From Gemmatimonadota bacterium (GTDB lineage Bacteria; Gemmatimonadota; Gemmatimonadetes; Gemmatimonadales; GWC2-71-9), in the NCBI GenBank assembly GCA_039588335.1, contig JBDGZZ010000001.1:12090-76089 (forward strand): DNA of 64,000 nucleotides. The letters are read 5' to 3'. Positions 54,821-63,256 of this stretch are shown piece after piece. The translations under genes were made by a program, and so were the position numbers. The first letter of the stretch is position 1; each line of letters begins with the position of its first letter. The notes beneath the pieces are model-generated. The model made no database searches, had not been told where the DNA came from, and worked only from the letters and a program-made list of their open reading frames with translations.

Positions 54821-56110
54821 CTAGAAGAAGACACCTAGATCGAGTCTTGCTGATGCCCCCGTTGCGTTGTCAAACAAACCACCGAGGGTTCTTCCACCCA
54901 GCCCAAAGAAGAAGTTCCGCGTCTCCACACCGATACCACCACTGAATCCGACACCTTCCTGCCCGCCGAACACGAGTCCAGCGCGCAGTGGCAAAGCCTT
55001 TACTAACCGCCAAGTCGACCAGAGATCGACGGTGGTCGGAAGTTCGAAATCGTTGCCGAAGGGAAACGTCGCTATTACGTCCAACTGAAGAATGCGGTTG
55101 GCCCAGGCACTGGCCGAAAAGCGGGCGATCCGGGGCAACGTTACGGTGACACTGGTCGTCTCCTGCAACTCCAATTGGAGTGTATCGAGCACTTCCCTTA
55201 CTTCGTCAATGTCGGTGGTCTGGAGATCCACGGTTGCGGAGCGCCGCTCCACTTGTGCAATCGACACGGCACCCACGTTGGCTAGCATCGCCTCGAAAGC
55301 GAAGCCGGACGTGGGCCACTCCACCCGGGCCAGAAGGTCGGCAACGAAGCCACCGCCATCGTTGAGTTCTATGTGGCCGTCGAACAGATCCGGAGTCTGC
55401 AGTGTTTCGATTGACAGGTTGGCCGAAATGGAATCGCCGGTCACACGGATTACTCCACCGTTACTCAACGCCGAATTTGCGCTCCCGTACGCCAGCGGTC
55501 GCACATAGCGCGTGCCGGCACCGATGGTGAGGAGTGCCCCATCTTGCGTCTTGAAAGGCCCGAGGCGATAAAGAAGGTGGCCGCCGATCTCACCAGTTGT
55601 CAGCCCTTCCGAATCTGAGTCGCCAAGCGAGAAGTCAGACTTGGCACCGTTCCCGTCCCGCAGTAGCGACACTGCTTCATCGTCAACCGAGAGCCCGCCG
55701 TACGCACGGGCACCTACCGTTACACCGATGTCGAGACGGCTGCCTATCGGACCTCCGATGTACACGCTGACCTCGGCCTCCCCGTTCCCCTTGAGCCCCG
55801 ATCCCTTCTCAACGAGCCCCAGCGCATCCAGCATGTCCACTATCAAGACGTCATCGTTGTCACCGATGAAGACCAGTGCACCAATGTCGTTGAAGTTGAC
55901 AGTATTGTTCGCAGCGGTCCCCCCTACGGAAGTCACGAAACCCCAGTGGGGAATGAACAAGTTGCGGAACGGATCTATCCGAAACGTTGGCGTCCGCCTG
56001 TACCCTTCCTCGACCCGCGCCGCCTGGGAAGTCTCGGGAATGGTCTGCGCTTGCAGCCCAAATCCCGTTACAACTACGGCGGTGAGTAACAGCATGATCG
56101 TGCGTCTCAT
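54821..56110 (-). CDS. Outer-membrane beta-barrel protein, family unknown
   Basis: Signal peptide LLLTAVVVTGFGLQAQ. Strand-turn pattern throughout. C-terminal ARLDLGVFF. ATGA-type overlap with the upstream lipoprotein gene. Confidence 0.65.
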   Translation of the reverse strand: MRRTIMLLLTAVVVTGFGLQAQTIPETSQAARVEEGYRRTPTFRIDPFRNLFIPHWGFVTSVGGTAANNTVNFNDIGALVFIGDNDDVLIVDMLDALGLVEKGSGLKGNGEAEVSVYIGGPIGSRLDIGVTVGARAYGGLSVDDEAVSLLRDGNGAKSDFSLGDSDSEGLTTGEIGGHLLYRLGPFKTQDGALLTIGAGTRYVRPLAYGSANSALSNGGVIRVTGDSISANLSIETLQTPDLFDGHIELNDGGGFVADLLARVEWPTSGFAFEAMLANVGAVSIAQVERRSATVDLQTTDIDEVREVLDTLQLELQETTSVTVTLPRIARFSASAWANRILQLDVIATFPFGNDFELPTTVDLWSTWRLVKALPLRAGLVFGGQEGVGFSGGIGVETRNFFFGLGGRTLGGLFDNATGASARLDLGVFF

Positions 56111-57369
56111 TGCGAGGCCCCCAGACGCAGCTGTATCCGCCCTCGCGAGTCAAACTCGGCTCTGGCTCCAGCTTTCACAGCACCCCTTCTCTGCGAGGTC
56201 TCGTTTCCCATCAGTCGGACTCGAACACTGGCCGTGAACTGATTCTCCAGCAGCGCCCTAACCTGATCACTTAGGAGTGAAATGAGGGCAGTACTAGTAC
56301 GAGCACTGATGAGCCGTCCGTTCAGATCAACGATCGCGGTATCGACACCTACCCGGCTCACGATCACCGCGTCCGGGTTGAAGAACAGGTCCTCATCACC
56401 CAAGTCGCCCGGCGCGAACGCGATGTCGAGTTCCACACCGAACGGGAGGTTGTTGATGACATCGGTTGCGAGTTCCGCTAGAACCAACCGCTCCAGAATT
56501 GGATCCGCGTCGTCTGCATCGAAGTCGAGGCCATCCTGAGTGGTGTTGATGACGAAGACCACCCCGGTGTCAGGAACTGTGAAATCGAGCACCGCAATCA
56601 GATCGAGCTGAAGGTTGATCGCATCACTGCCCAGGATCTGACCCGCGACAGCATCCGTTGTAACAGTTCCCTCACCAACCAGGGCCGCGCGTCTCCCGTC
56701 CAGAACCATATGCACTAGGCGATCGATCAGCGCACCGCCCTGAAATGTGAACGTCGTGTCTCCGTTGGCCGGGATGGTGAGGTAGTTCTGGTTCGTCTCG
56801 GCGACCGCAACGAAGATTGAATCCCCGGTGACCGAATCGGTCTCGAAAACAATGGGAGATGGCAGTAGGCCACCGGCTGTGAGTTCAGCAACTCCGAGGT
56901 TGAAATCAACAAGAATAGCGTCAACGTCAGCCGTGTTCTCCACGCTCATTAGCAACCTTGCGTCGTGGAGGGTCACCTGACGGACCATGTCCTCCAGATC
57001 TCCGAAATCCACAGTGTTGAAGGCTTGGTCGCTTACGATCTCCTGGTAGGCCACAACAGGCACCGAATCCCCGAGGCCTATGAACGGGGCGAATAGCCCA
57101 ATTCCATAACCCAGCGTTCGCGTGTCGATTCGGATACCTAGCATGCTGTCCGAGGTTACGACCACGACCACAGGATCCAACAGAGATTCAACGTTGAATG
57201 TGTCGCTCACCACCGGCAGCACGTACTCGACGATTCGCTCCCCACCGCGGCCCAATTGGTCCCTGGCCTCAGTGAGCGATGACGGCTCACAGGACAAGCC
57301 AAGGAGGGCTGCAGTTAGGAGAAGACCGCCTGTTCTGATCGAGTTGGGCATGGGACTCCACTGCTCCAT
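56107..57369 (-). CDS. Lipoprotein, family unknown (D/V/T-rich, predicted all-beta)
   Basis: Lipobox LLGLSC. 420 aa, acidic, no motif recognised. Confidence 0.6.
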   Translation of the reverse strand: MEQWSPMPNSIRTGGLLLTAALLGLSCEPSSLTEARDQLGRGGERIVEYVLPVVSDTFNVESLLDPVVVVVTSDSMLGIRIDTRTLGYGIGLFAPFIGLGDSVPVVAYQEIVSDQAFNTVDFGDLEDMVRQVTLHDARLLMSVENTADVDAILVDFNLGVAELTAGGLLPSPIVFETDSVTGDSIFVAVAETNQNYLTIPANGDTTFTFQGGALIDRLVHMVLDGRRAALVGEGTVTTDAVAGQILGSDAINLQLDLIAVLDFTVPDTGVVFVINTTQDGLDFDADDADPILERLVLAELATDVINNLPFGVELDIAFAPGDLGDEDLFFNPDAVIVSRVGVDTAIVDLNGRLISARTSTALISLLSDQVRALLENQFTASVRVRLMGNETSQRRGAVKAGARAEFDSRGRIQLRLGASQ

Positions 57370-57451
57370 GAGATGAACCTACGTAAATCTCTCAAATGCA
57401 GTGAGATAGACAAGTACTTAGATCACATTTTCGGTACCGTGGGGGTCACAT

Positions 57452-57497
57452 GCCAAGACGTGGTGGTGCGACCAGTGTGCCACCACCACGTCTTGGC
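57452..57497 (-). terminator. 17-bp perfect hairpin downstream of pruA (no U tract)
   Basis: GCCAAGACGTGGTGGTG-12 nt-CACCACCACGTCTTGGC, 11 nt after the pruA stop. Confidence 0.5.
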
Positions 57498-57507
57498 TGC
57501 TAAGTAC

Positions 57508-59136
57508 CTACTCGGCTCTCATATACGGATATCTGTAATCCACCGGCGGTGCGAAGGTTTCCTTGATCGTTCGCGCGGAGACCCAGCGAACGAGGTTCAG
57601 GCCCGACCCGGCCTTGTCGTTTGTTCCACTGGCCCGTGATCCACCAAACGGCTGTTGCCCTACCACTGCCCCGGTGGGCTTGTCATTGATGTAGAAATTG
57701 CCAGATGAATGTCTGAGGGCGGCATGCGCTTCTGTCACAGCCTTCCGATCAGTGGCAAACACGGCCCCAGTTAGCGCGTATGGCGATGTCGAGTCCAGGA
57801 GTTTCAACGTCTCGGCCCACTTTGATTCCTGATATACGTAGACGGTCAGCACCGGACCAAATATCTCTTCGCACATGGTCACATAGTCGGGTCGTTTCGC
57901 CCTTATGATCGTGGGCCGGATGAAGTACCCGTTGCTCCCGTCCGATTCACCACCGACCAGAATCTCGGCGTCCGACGAAACGCGCGCATCCTCAATGTAT
58001 GTGTTGATTTTCTTGAAGGCCTTCTCGTCGATCACTGCCCCCATGAAGTTCCGGAAGTCGCAAACGTCTCCCATTGGAATCGCCTCTACCTCCGAAACGA
58101 GCCGGTCCTTCATGGAATTCCACATCCCTTCGGGAATGTACACTCGAGAGGCTGCGCTGCACTTCTGTCCCTGGTATTCGAACGCTCCTCGCACTATTGC
58201 CGTGATGAGAGCATCCACGTCCGCGCTTGCGTGGGCAATTATGAAGTCCTTCCCTCCCGTCTCCCCCACGATTCGCGGATAAGAACCATACTTGTGGATG
58301 TTCTCACCGATCGTTCGCCAGAACGACTGAAAGACCGCCGTCGACCCTGTGAAGTGCACGCCAGCAAACTCGGGATTAGCCAGCACCATGTCTGTGATCT
58401 GGCCCGAATCGCCAGGGACGAAGTTGACGACACCCGGAGGTAACCCTGCGGCTTCGAGCAGCTTGGCGACGTAGTATCCGCTGTAAATCGTTGTTCTTCC
58501 AGGCTTCCAAACCACTGTGTTGCCCATGAGCGCAGGCGCGGTCGGGAGGTTGCCGGCAATCGAAGTGAAGTTGAACGGGGTGATGGCGTAGATAAAGCCT
58601 TCCAACGCACGGTACTCAAGCCGGTTCCACATGCCGGGCGCGGACATTGGTTGGTCCTGATACAGACGCTCAGCGAAATGAACGTTGAAGCGGTAAAAAT
58701 CGATCAACTCACATGCAGCATCTATCTCCGCCTGATGTGGGGTCTTACTCTGACCCAATATCGTCGCTGCATTGATGGTGTCGCGCCATGTCGTGGCCAG
58801 GAGTTCCGCCGCTTTGAGCATGACTGAAGCACGCTCTTCCCAAGGCCACGTAGACCACTCTTCGTGAGCTTTGTTGGCAGCTCTTATGGCGGCCTCAATC
58901 TCCTTTGGGCCTGCCCAATGACACGTCGCAAGAGTATGTCCGAAATCGTGTGGCATCACGTTCTTGGCTGTCCTACCAGTACGTATCTCCTTGCCTCCTA
59001 TCAGAAGCGGGATCTCAATCTCCTGAGAAGCCAGCTCCTTGAGCTTGGCCTTGAGGGAGGTCCGCTCGGGTGTGCCGGGCGCGTAAGAACGCACCGGCTC
59101 GTTTACGGGAATCGGTACTTGGATATCACCGCTCAT
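57508..59136 (-). CDS. pruA: L-glutamate gamma-semialdehyde (1-pyrroline-5-carboxylate) dehydrogenase
   Basis: Aldehyde dehydrogenase core (HFTGS, VGETGGKD, catalytic Cys context EYQGQKCSA). AGGAG RBS before ATG 59136. Confidence 0.92.
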   Translation of the reverse strand: MSGDIQVPIPVNEPVRSYAPGTPERTSLKAKLKELASQEIEIPLLIGGKEIRTGRTAKNVMPHDFGHTLATCHWAGPKEIEAAIRAANKAHEEWSTWPWEERASVMLKAAELLATTWRDTINAATILGQSKTPHQAEIDAACELIDFYRFNVHFAERLYQDQPMSAPGMWNRLEYRALEGFIYAITPFNFTSIAGNLPTAPALMGNTVVWKPGRTTIYSGYYVAKLLEAAGLPPGVVNFVPGDSGQITDMVLANPEFAGVHFTGSTAVFQSFWRTIGENIHKYGSYPRIVGETGGKDFIIAHASADVDALITAIVRGAFEYQGQKCSAASRVYIPEGMWNSMKDRLVSEVEAIPMGDVCDFRNFMGAVIDEKAFKKINTYIEDARVSSDAEILVGGESDGSNGYFIRPTIIRAKRPDYVTMCEEIFGPVLTVYVYQESKWAETLKLLDSTSPYALTGAVFATDRKAVTEAHAALRHSSGNFYINDKPTGAVVGQQPFGGSRASGTNDKAGSGLNLVRWVSARTIKETFAPPVDYRYPYMRAE

Positions 59137-59315
59137 ATCCGCTTGCTCCTGACGATGCGGGTGTGATCTATTTGGCCCCAATCCGTCAGCCGGGGCTGGC
59201 TGTTTCGCGGATAAAGTTACAGCGTGAAAGGGCTGTGTGAGAGGGGGAGGGCTCGACGCCACAGAGCCCGCATAAGGCCGGATGGTAGGCGGGCGGCGGG
59301 CGCCCGCCTGCCAAC

Positions 59316-60428
59316 CTAGAAGTACAGATGCAACTCGACGCTTATCACATCCACGTCGGTCTCTACCTGAGGGACGTCTTCGAGAAACGTGTAAAAAGCC
59401 GATAGCTGTACGAAAGAAACTGGGAACGCCTCCAAACCCACCCGAACTCGTATGCGCTGATCTTCATCGACATCGAGATTCGGGTCGTGATAGCCATATG
59501 CGAGTTTGGCGTTGAGCCCCTTTAGGAACAGATAATTCCCTTCGACGTACGCGACGAGCTGATCAGCAAGGTCTCCAGCTGATGCGTCGCTTGCTGATTC
59601 AGCTACGTAATCAACCTCTCCAAGCACTGCCAGCGAACCGAAGCCCACTCCACCCCACCCACCGAAGACGTTGCGCTTGCTGGCGGAGTTGCTGTTATGC
59701 GATGCAGAAGCCCCCAGTCGAAAGTGCCGGTGGACAAATGCAGCGCTCGAAGTGAGTTGCTTCTGGTCGTCGTTTTCTACGGGGGCTGTGTTGCCATTGG
59801 TGAGTGATACCATGATGGACAACGGGCCGGGCTCGGCTCCCAGTTCGATCCCCTGGTCGGGCGTCTTGAACGTGAAACCGGTCTGCGACCTGATAAAGGC
59901 CGCGTCGTCCCACAGGCGCCACCCGAACGGCAGCACGAACTTCCCCGCCTTGATGTAGCCGTCGAGAGGCAAGCTCTCGAACAAGCCAAACACTTCCCGA
60001 GTGCTGGCTCCCCCTGGACCAAGCGTCTGGTCCACGTAGAACGAGACCACGTTCGGTATGAGTTTGGCTTGCAGATGTAACTGGGCTTCGCTCACTCCTG
60101 CTTCGGTGCGGGGAGTTGTCTCACTCACAGCAGCGGCGGCAAAAACACGGAGGTCGAACCCCAAGGAAACCCAATCGTTGAGCCCACGGCCTTTTGCATT
60201 CAAGGTCCGAAACGGCAGTTCCGTCTGAGACCAGGCGTTGCCGAAATCGTTCCTGCCGCCCCCACCGGTTCTGTTGACATGACACTGGGAGCACTTGAGA
60301 CCGGTTCTGAGCGCAAGGTAAGGCTCCTCCGCGCGGAGTTCACCCGCAACCACTGCGGTCAGCGCCATCACCAGTGACAAGCCCTTCAGCGCTTGGCTGG
60401 CCGAGGACTCAGTTGTTTGTTGCGCCAT
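59316..60428 (-). CDS. Putative outer-membrane beta-barrel with N-terminal CXXCH haem-binding motif
   Basis: Signal-like LSLVMALTAVVAGELRA, then LKCSQCHVNRTGGGGR. About 320 aa of strand-turn pattern follow. Terminal VISVELHLYF. Start is ATG 60428 or 60452. Confidence 0.65.
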   Translation of the reverse strand: MAQQTTESSASQALKGLSLVMALTAVVAGELRAEEPYLALRTGLKCSQCHVNRTGGGGRNDFGNAWSQTELPFRTLNAKGRGLNDWVSLGFDLRVFAAAAVSETTPRTEAGVSEAQLHLQAKLIPNVVSFYVDQTLGPGGASTREVFGLFESLPLDGYIKAGKFVLPFGWRLWDDAAFIRSQTGFTFKTPDQGIELGAEPGPLSIMVSLTNGNTAPVENDDQKQLTSSAAFVHRHFRLGASASHNSNSASKRNVFGGWGGVGFGSLAVLGEVDYVAESASDASAGDLADQLVAYVEGNYLFLKGLNAKLAYGYHDPNLDVDEDQRIRVRVGLEAFPVSFVQLSAFYTFLEDVPQVETDVDVISVELHLYF

Positions 60429-60873
60429 CGGATATCCACTGTCGGATTGCATCTATCTGCGCCTGCGTGAGGGCATCTAGTCCTCCCAACGGCATGCGGC
60501 CTCCGGAGCCGTCGACTCCGGCCTGCGTGTGCGTACCCTGAACCTTGTGGACAAGATAACTCTGATCGGGAAAGTCCGGCAGCACTCGCATCAACCCGGA
60601 ACTTGATACCGTCTCGGCGGCAGGTACGTTCACGATGTTGGCGTATGCCTGCCCGTCACTGAGGTTCATTCCCATCGCGGGACTCGAGCCGGCATGACAG
60701 CCGGAGAGAGCGCAGCTGGCAGTGAAGATGGGCTGCACCGTAGCTGCGAAACCGGTTCCGCCGCCGTTCCCTCCGTTGTCGTCATCGTTAGGGTCCACGA
60801 CCCCGGACCCATCTCCTGCGCACGCCACTCCCGCCCACACCACGGCCCCCAATAACAGGTTCGTAGCTCGCAT
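60409..60873 (-). CDS. Cytochrome-c-like lipoprotein with CX4CH motif
   Basis: AGGAGG RBS before ATG 60873. Lipobox WAGVAC. D/G/N-rich linker. FAATVQPIFTASCALSGCHAG and distal GGRMPLGG. Its stop overlaps the barrel gene start. Confidence 0.65.
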   Translation of the reverse strand: MRATNLLLGAVVWAGVACAGDGSGVVDPNDDDNGGNGGGTGFAATVQPIFTASCALSGCHAGSSPAMGMNLSDGQAYANIVNVPAAETVSSSGLMRVLPDFPDQSYLVHKVQGTHTQAGVDGSGGRMPLGGLDALTQAQIDAIRQWISDGATNN

Positions 60874-61127
60874 ATTCGCTCCTCCTGTTGAGCAGTCTCC
60901 AGTCGGGGACGCCGAGGGCGCCACCGTCGCTCCTTCCAAAGCGAACCGATCGACCATCTACACTGTTCCTGGTTCGGGGTTCCGGTACAGGTCTTGATGC
61001 GCGCTCCCGGCGGCCTCGACTACGTGGTCCCGACCAGTTGTCATTCCGACGCTTAAGTCGTCTATTTCGACGTTCGGTTGTCCTCACACTAATCCGTGCT
61101 AGGTCCGGCGGGAGGGAGGAGGAGTAG

Positions 61128-61793
61128 ATGGGCCAGCGATCACGAAACGGGACCGGTCGCATCTGTGGCATCTACACGATGGGGATGAGAGATCCGTATT
61201 CAGGCGAGCTCGGGGAAGGTTCCTTTTCTGGTAACGATCACCCGCTCCTGACGGCATCGATCGGCGAGGATTATGCAGACTGCCAGTGGCCGCTCACGGT
61301 GAAGGCCAAGGCTTCCGTAACACAAGAGCAGCTCACGTGGTATCTCACCAAGCTCTTCGAAGCCGTAGATGAGGGCTTCTACATGGATCCAGCTATTGGA
61401 CCCGCCATCTATTGGCGGTGGGCTGGTAAGAGCCTCCCAGGCCTGGCTCCAGGTGAGGGTGACGAAGATACCGACGACCCTGACGACATCAATCTCGAGT
61501 TCGGCTCCGGCGTAGCTAAAAGATCTTCTCCCGGTAAGGGACCACAATGCGGGATCTACCTGGTGGATGACGCAGAGAACTGGGATGGCGATCAATTCTA
61601 CGGAAGGATCCACCGCGATACAGCGATATCAGGGGCAGTCGGTGAGGATTTCGCCGCATCGAGGTGGCCGCTGGTCGTGAAGATCAAGGCAGGCATAGAA
61701 CGCGAGCGTTTCTGCGAATACCTGGGTGGCTTGATTGCCTGCATCGAAGACGGGATGTTCTTCGATGTAGAGGATGGCCAACCGGATTCCTGA
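61128..61793 (+). CDS. Hypothetical protein made of two copies of an unknown ~80-aa domain
   Basis: GGAGGAGGAG RBS. Repeats share CGIY, (I/V)GED(Y/F)A, (Q/R)WPL(T/V)VK(A/I)KA, (D/E)(E/D)G(F/M)(Y/F)xD. They are joined by the acidic linker GEGDEDTDDPDD. Confidence 0.6.
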   Translation: MGQRSRNGTGRICGIYTMGMRDPYSGELGEGSFSGNDHPLLTASIGEDYADCQWPLTVKAKASVTQEQLTWYLTKLFEAVDEGFYMDPAIGPAIYWRWAGKSLPGLAPGEGDEDTDDPDDINLEFGSGVAKRSSPGKGPQCGIYLVDDAENWDGDQFYGRIHRDTAISGAVGEDFAASRWPLVVKIKAGIERERFCEYLGGLIACIEDGMFFDVEDGQPDS

Positions 61794-61805
61794 CACCTCC
61801 CCCAG

Positions 61806-62432
61806 TCAGCTGTTTCTGATAGACATAACGATCGGACGGATAGCGCAAACGAGTGCCAGCGTATAACTGGTGAGCTCGTTGTCTGACATCGCCTCCCTGG
61901 GCGCGAAGTGCCTCGGTGACTGGAAGGGCTCAAAGAAGAGATGCGAGAAGCGCTGAAGGAAATCACGCCACGATCTACTCTGCTCTCCTTGGTACTCCGG
62001 CGTGGAGAGCCGCACCTCCTCAAGGAACGCGAGTAATATCTGCGCGGCAGCTGGCGGCAGATCCCGAAACCGATGCATACCCGGCTGTTTCACGAGCAGC
62101 TCGGTCCCTCCAAGACCCGACGTATCGACCTCACCGGACACCCGGCTCGCCCCACCCTGCAACGGTCGCCCCTCGCCCGATATCAACCAGGCGAGGTTGA
62201 GAGCCGGGTATGCGTGCTTCAGCGCTGCCAGAAAGGAAGCCCTCGGTTCCGTTCTTCGCTCGTAGTTGGAGACTGTCGTGACGGCAACCCTATCCCCGGC
62301 TGGCAGAAGTTCGTTTACGGTACGACACATCTCCGCCTGTGACACTTTGGCTACCTCGGTGCGCCAGTATCTGAGCCGATCGTTAACCGTCTCTCCAAAA
62401 ACTTGCAGTTGATCATAATTTATTGCAGTCAA
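61806..62432 (-). CDS. XRE-family HTH protein with unknown C-terminal domain
   Basis: HTH region VSQAEMCRTVNELLPAGDRVAVTTVSNYERR. TTG start with no SD. AT-rich upstream region. Confidence 0.7.
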   Translation of the reverse strand: MTAINYDQLQVFGETVNDRLRYWRTEVAKVSQAEMCRTVNELLPAGDRVAVTTVSNYERRTEPRASFLAALKHAYPALNLAWLISGEGRPLQGGASRVSGEVDTSGLGGTELLVKQPGMHRFRDLPPAAAQILLAFLEEVRLSTPEYQGEQSRSWRDFLQRFSHLFFEPFQSPRHFAPREAMSDNELTSYTLALVCAIRPIVMSIRNS

Positions 62433-62524
62433 TTCAAATACCCAATATTTTGCCTATTACCACAAATTATTGCACAAAAGTACGAGAAAGGCCAGTGTTT
62501 TTGAGGGGTCTGCTGATCGGCTTC

Positions 62525-63256
62525 TTAGGTGATCTCACCTTTTAGTGGGGCAGATAGGCCTTGTCGGCGCAAGAAATCCCCGTCTGCAAGGATTTCTGCC
62601 ACCGGTCGATCAGCCACTAGCTTGCCACTCTCCAGTACCAGTGCGCGGGTGCAGAGTGCTCGCGCCACCTCGAGATCGTGGGTTGCCACCATCAGGGTTT
62701 CCTCTCGCTCACCGAGAAGCCTGACGAGCGTGCGCCGGCCGCGAGCATCGAGATTCCCGGTCGGTTCGTCCAGAGCCAGCACTGCCGGCCGTGACACCAA
62801 CACCGTTGCCAGCGCTGCCAGTCTTTTCTGCCCGCCGCTCAGGTGATGGGCCGCCCGTCCTTCATTTCCCAGCAGGCCTAGCTCACCCAGCACCTCCCGA
62901 GCTCTACCCACAGCCTCTTCCGGGTCACGGCCCTCGTTGAGCGGCGCGAACGCCACGTCCTCCAGTAGTGTGGGCAGGAACAACTGGTCATCCGGGTCTT
63001 GGAACACCAGCCCTACTCTTGTCCTGACTTCCCTCAGTGTGTCGTCAGAGATCGGGACTGAGTCCACCGTCACGCTCCCGGTACTCGGTTTCAGCAGTCC
63101 GTTCAAGTGAAGCAGCAGCGTGCTCTTTCCGGCTCCCGTGGGTCCGAGAAGAGCAACTCGCTCGTTCAGGTCGATTTGAAATGTCACTCCATCGAGTGCA
63201 CCGGTTCCGTCGGGATACCGGTATCCGAGGTCGGTGATCTCCAGAATGGGTGTCAC
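62525..63256 (-). CDS. cbiO: ECF/cobalt-type ABC transporter ATPase (CbiO/EcfA)
   Basis: Walker A GPTGAGKST, signature LSGGQKRL, Walker B VLALDEP. GTGA overlap with cbiQ. The longer ORF-track start (63469) lies inside cbiQ. Confidence 0.9.
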   Translation of the reverse strand: MTPILEITDLGYRYPDGTGALDGVTFQIDLNERVALLGPTGAGKSTLLLHLNGLLKPSTGSVTVDSVPISDDTLREVRTRVGLVFQDPDDQLFLPTLLEDVAFAPLNEGRDPEEAVGRAREVLGELGLLGNEGRAAHHLSGGQKRLAALATVLVSRPAVLALDEPTGNLDARGRRTLVRLLGEREETLMVATHDLEVARALCTRALVLESGKLVADRPVAEILADGDFLRRQGLSAPLKGEIT

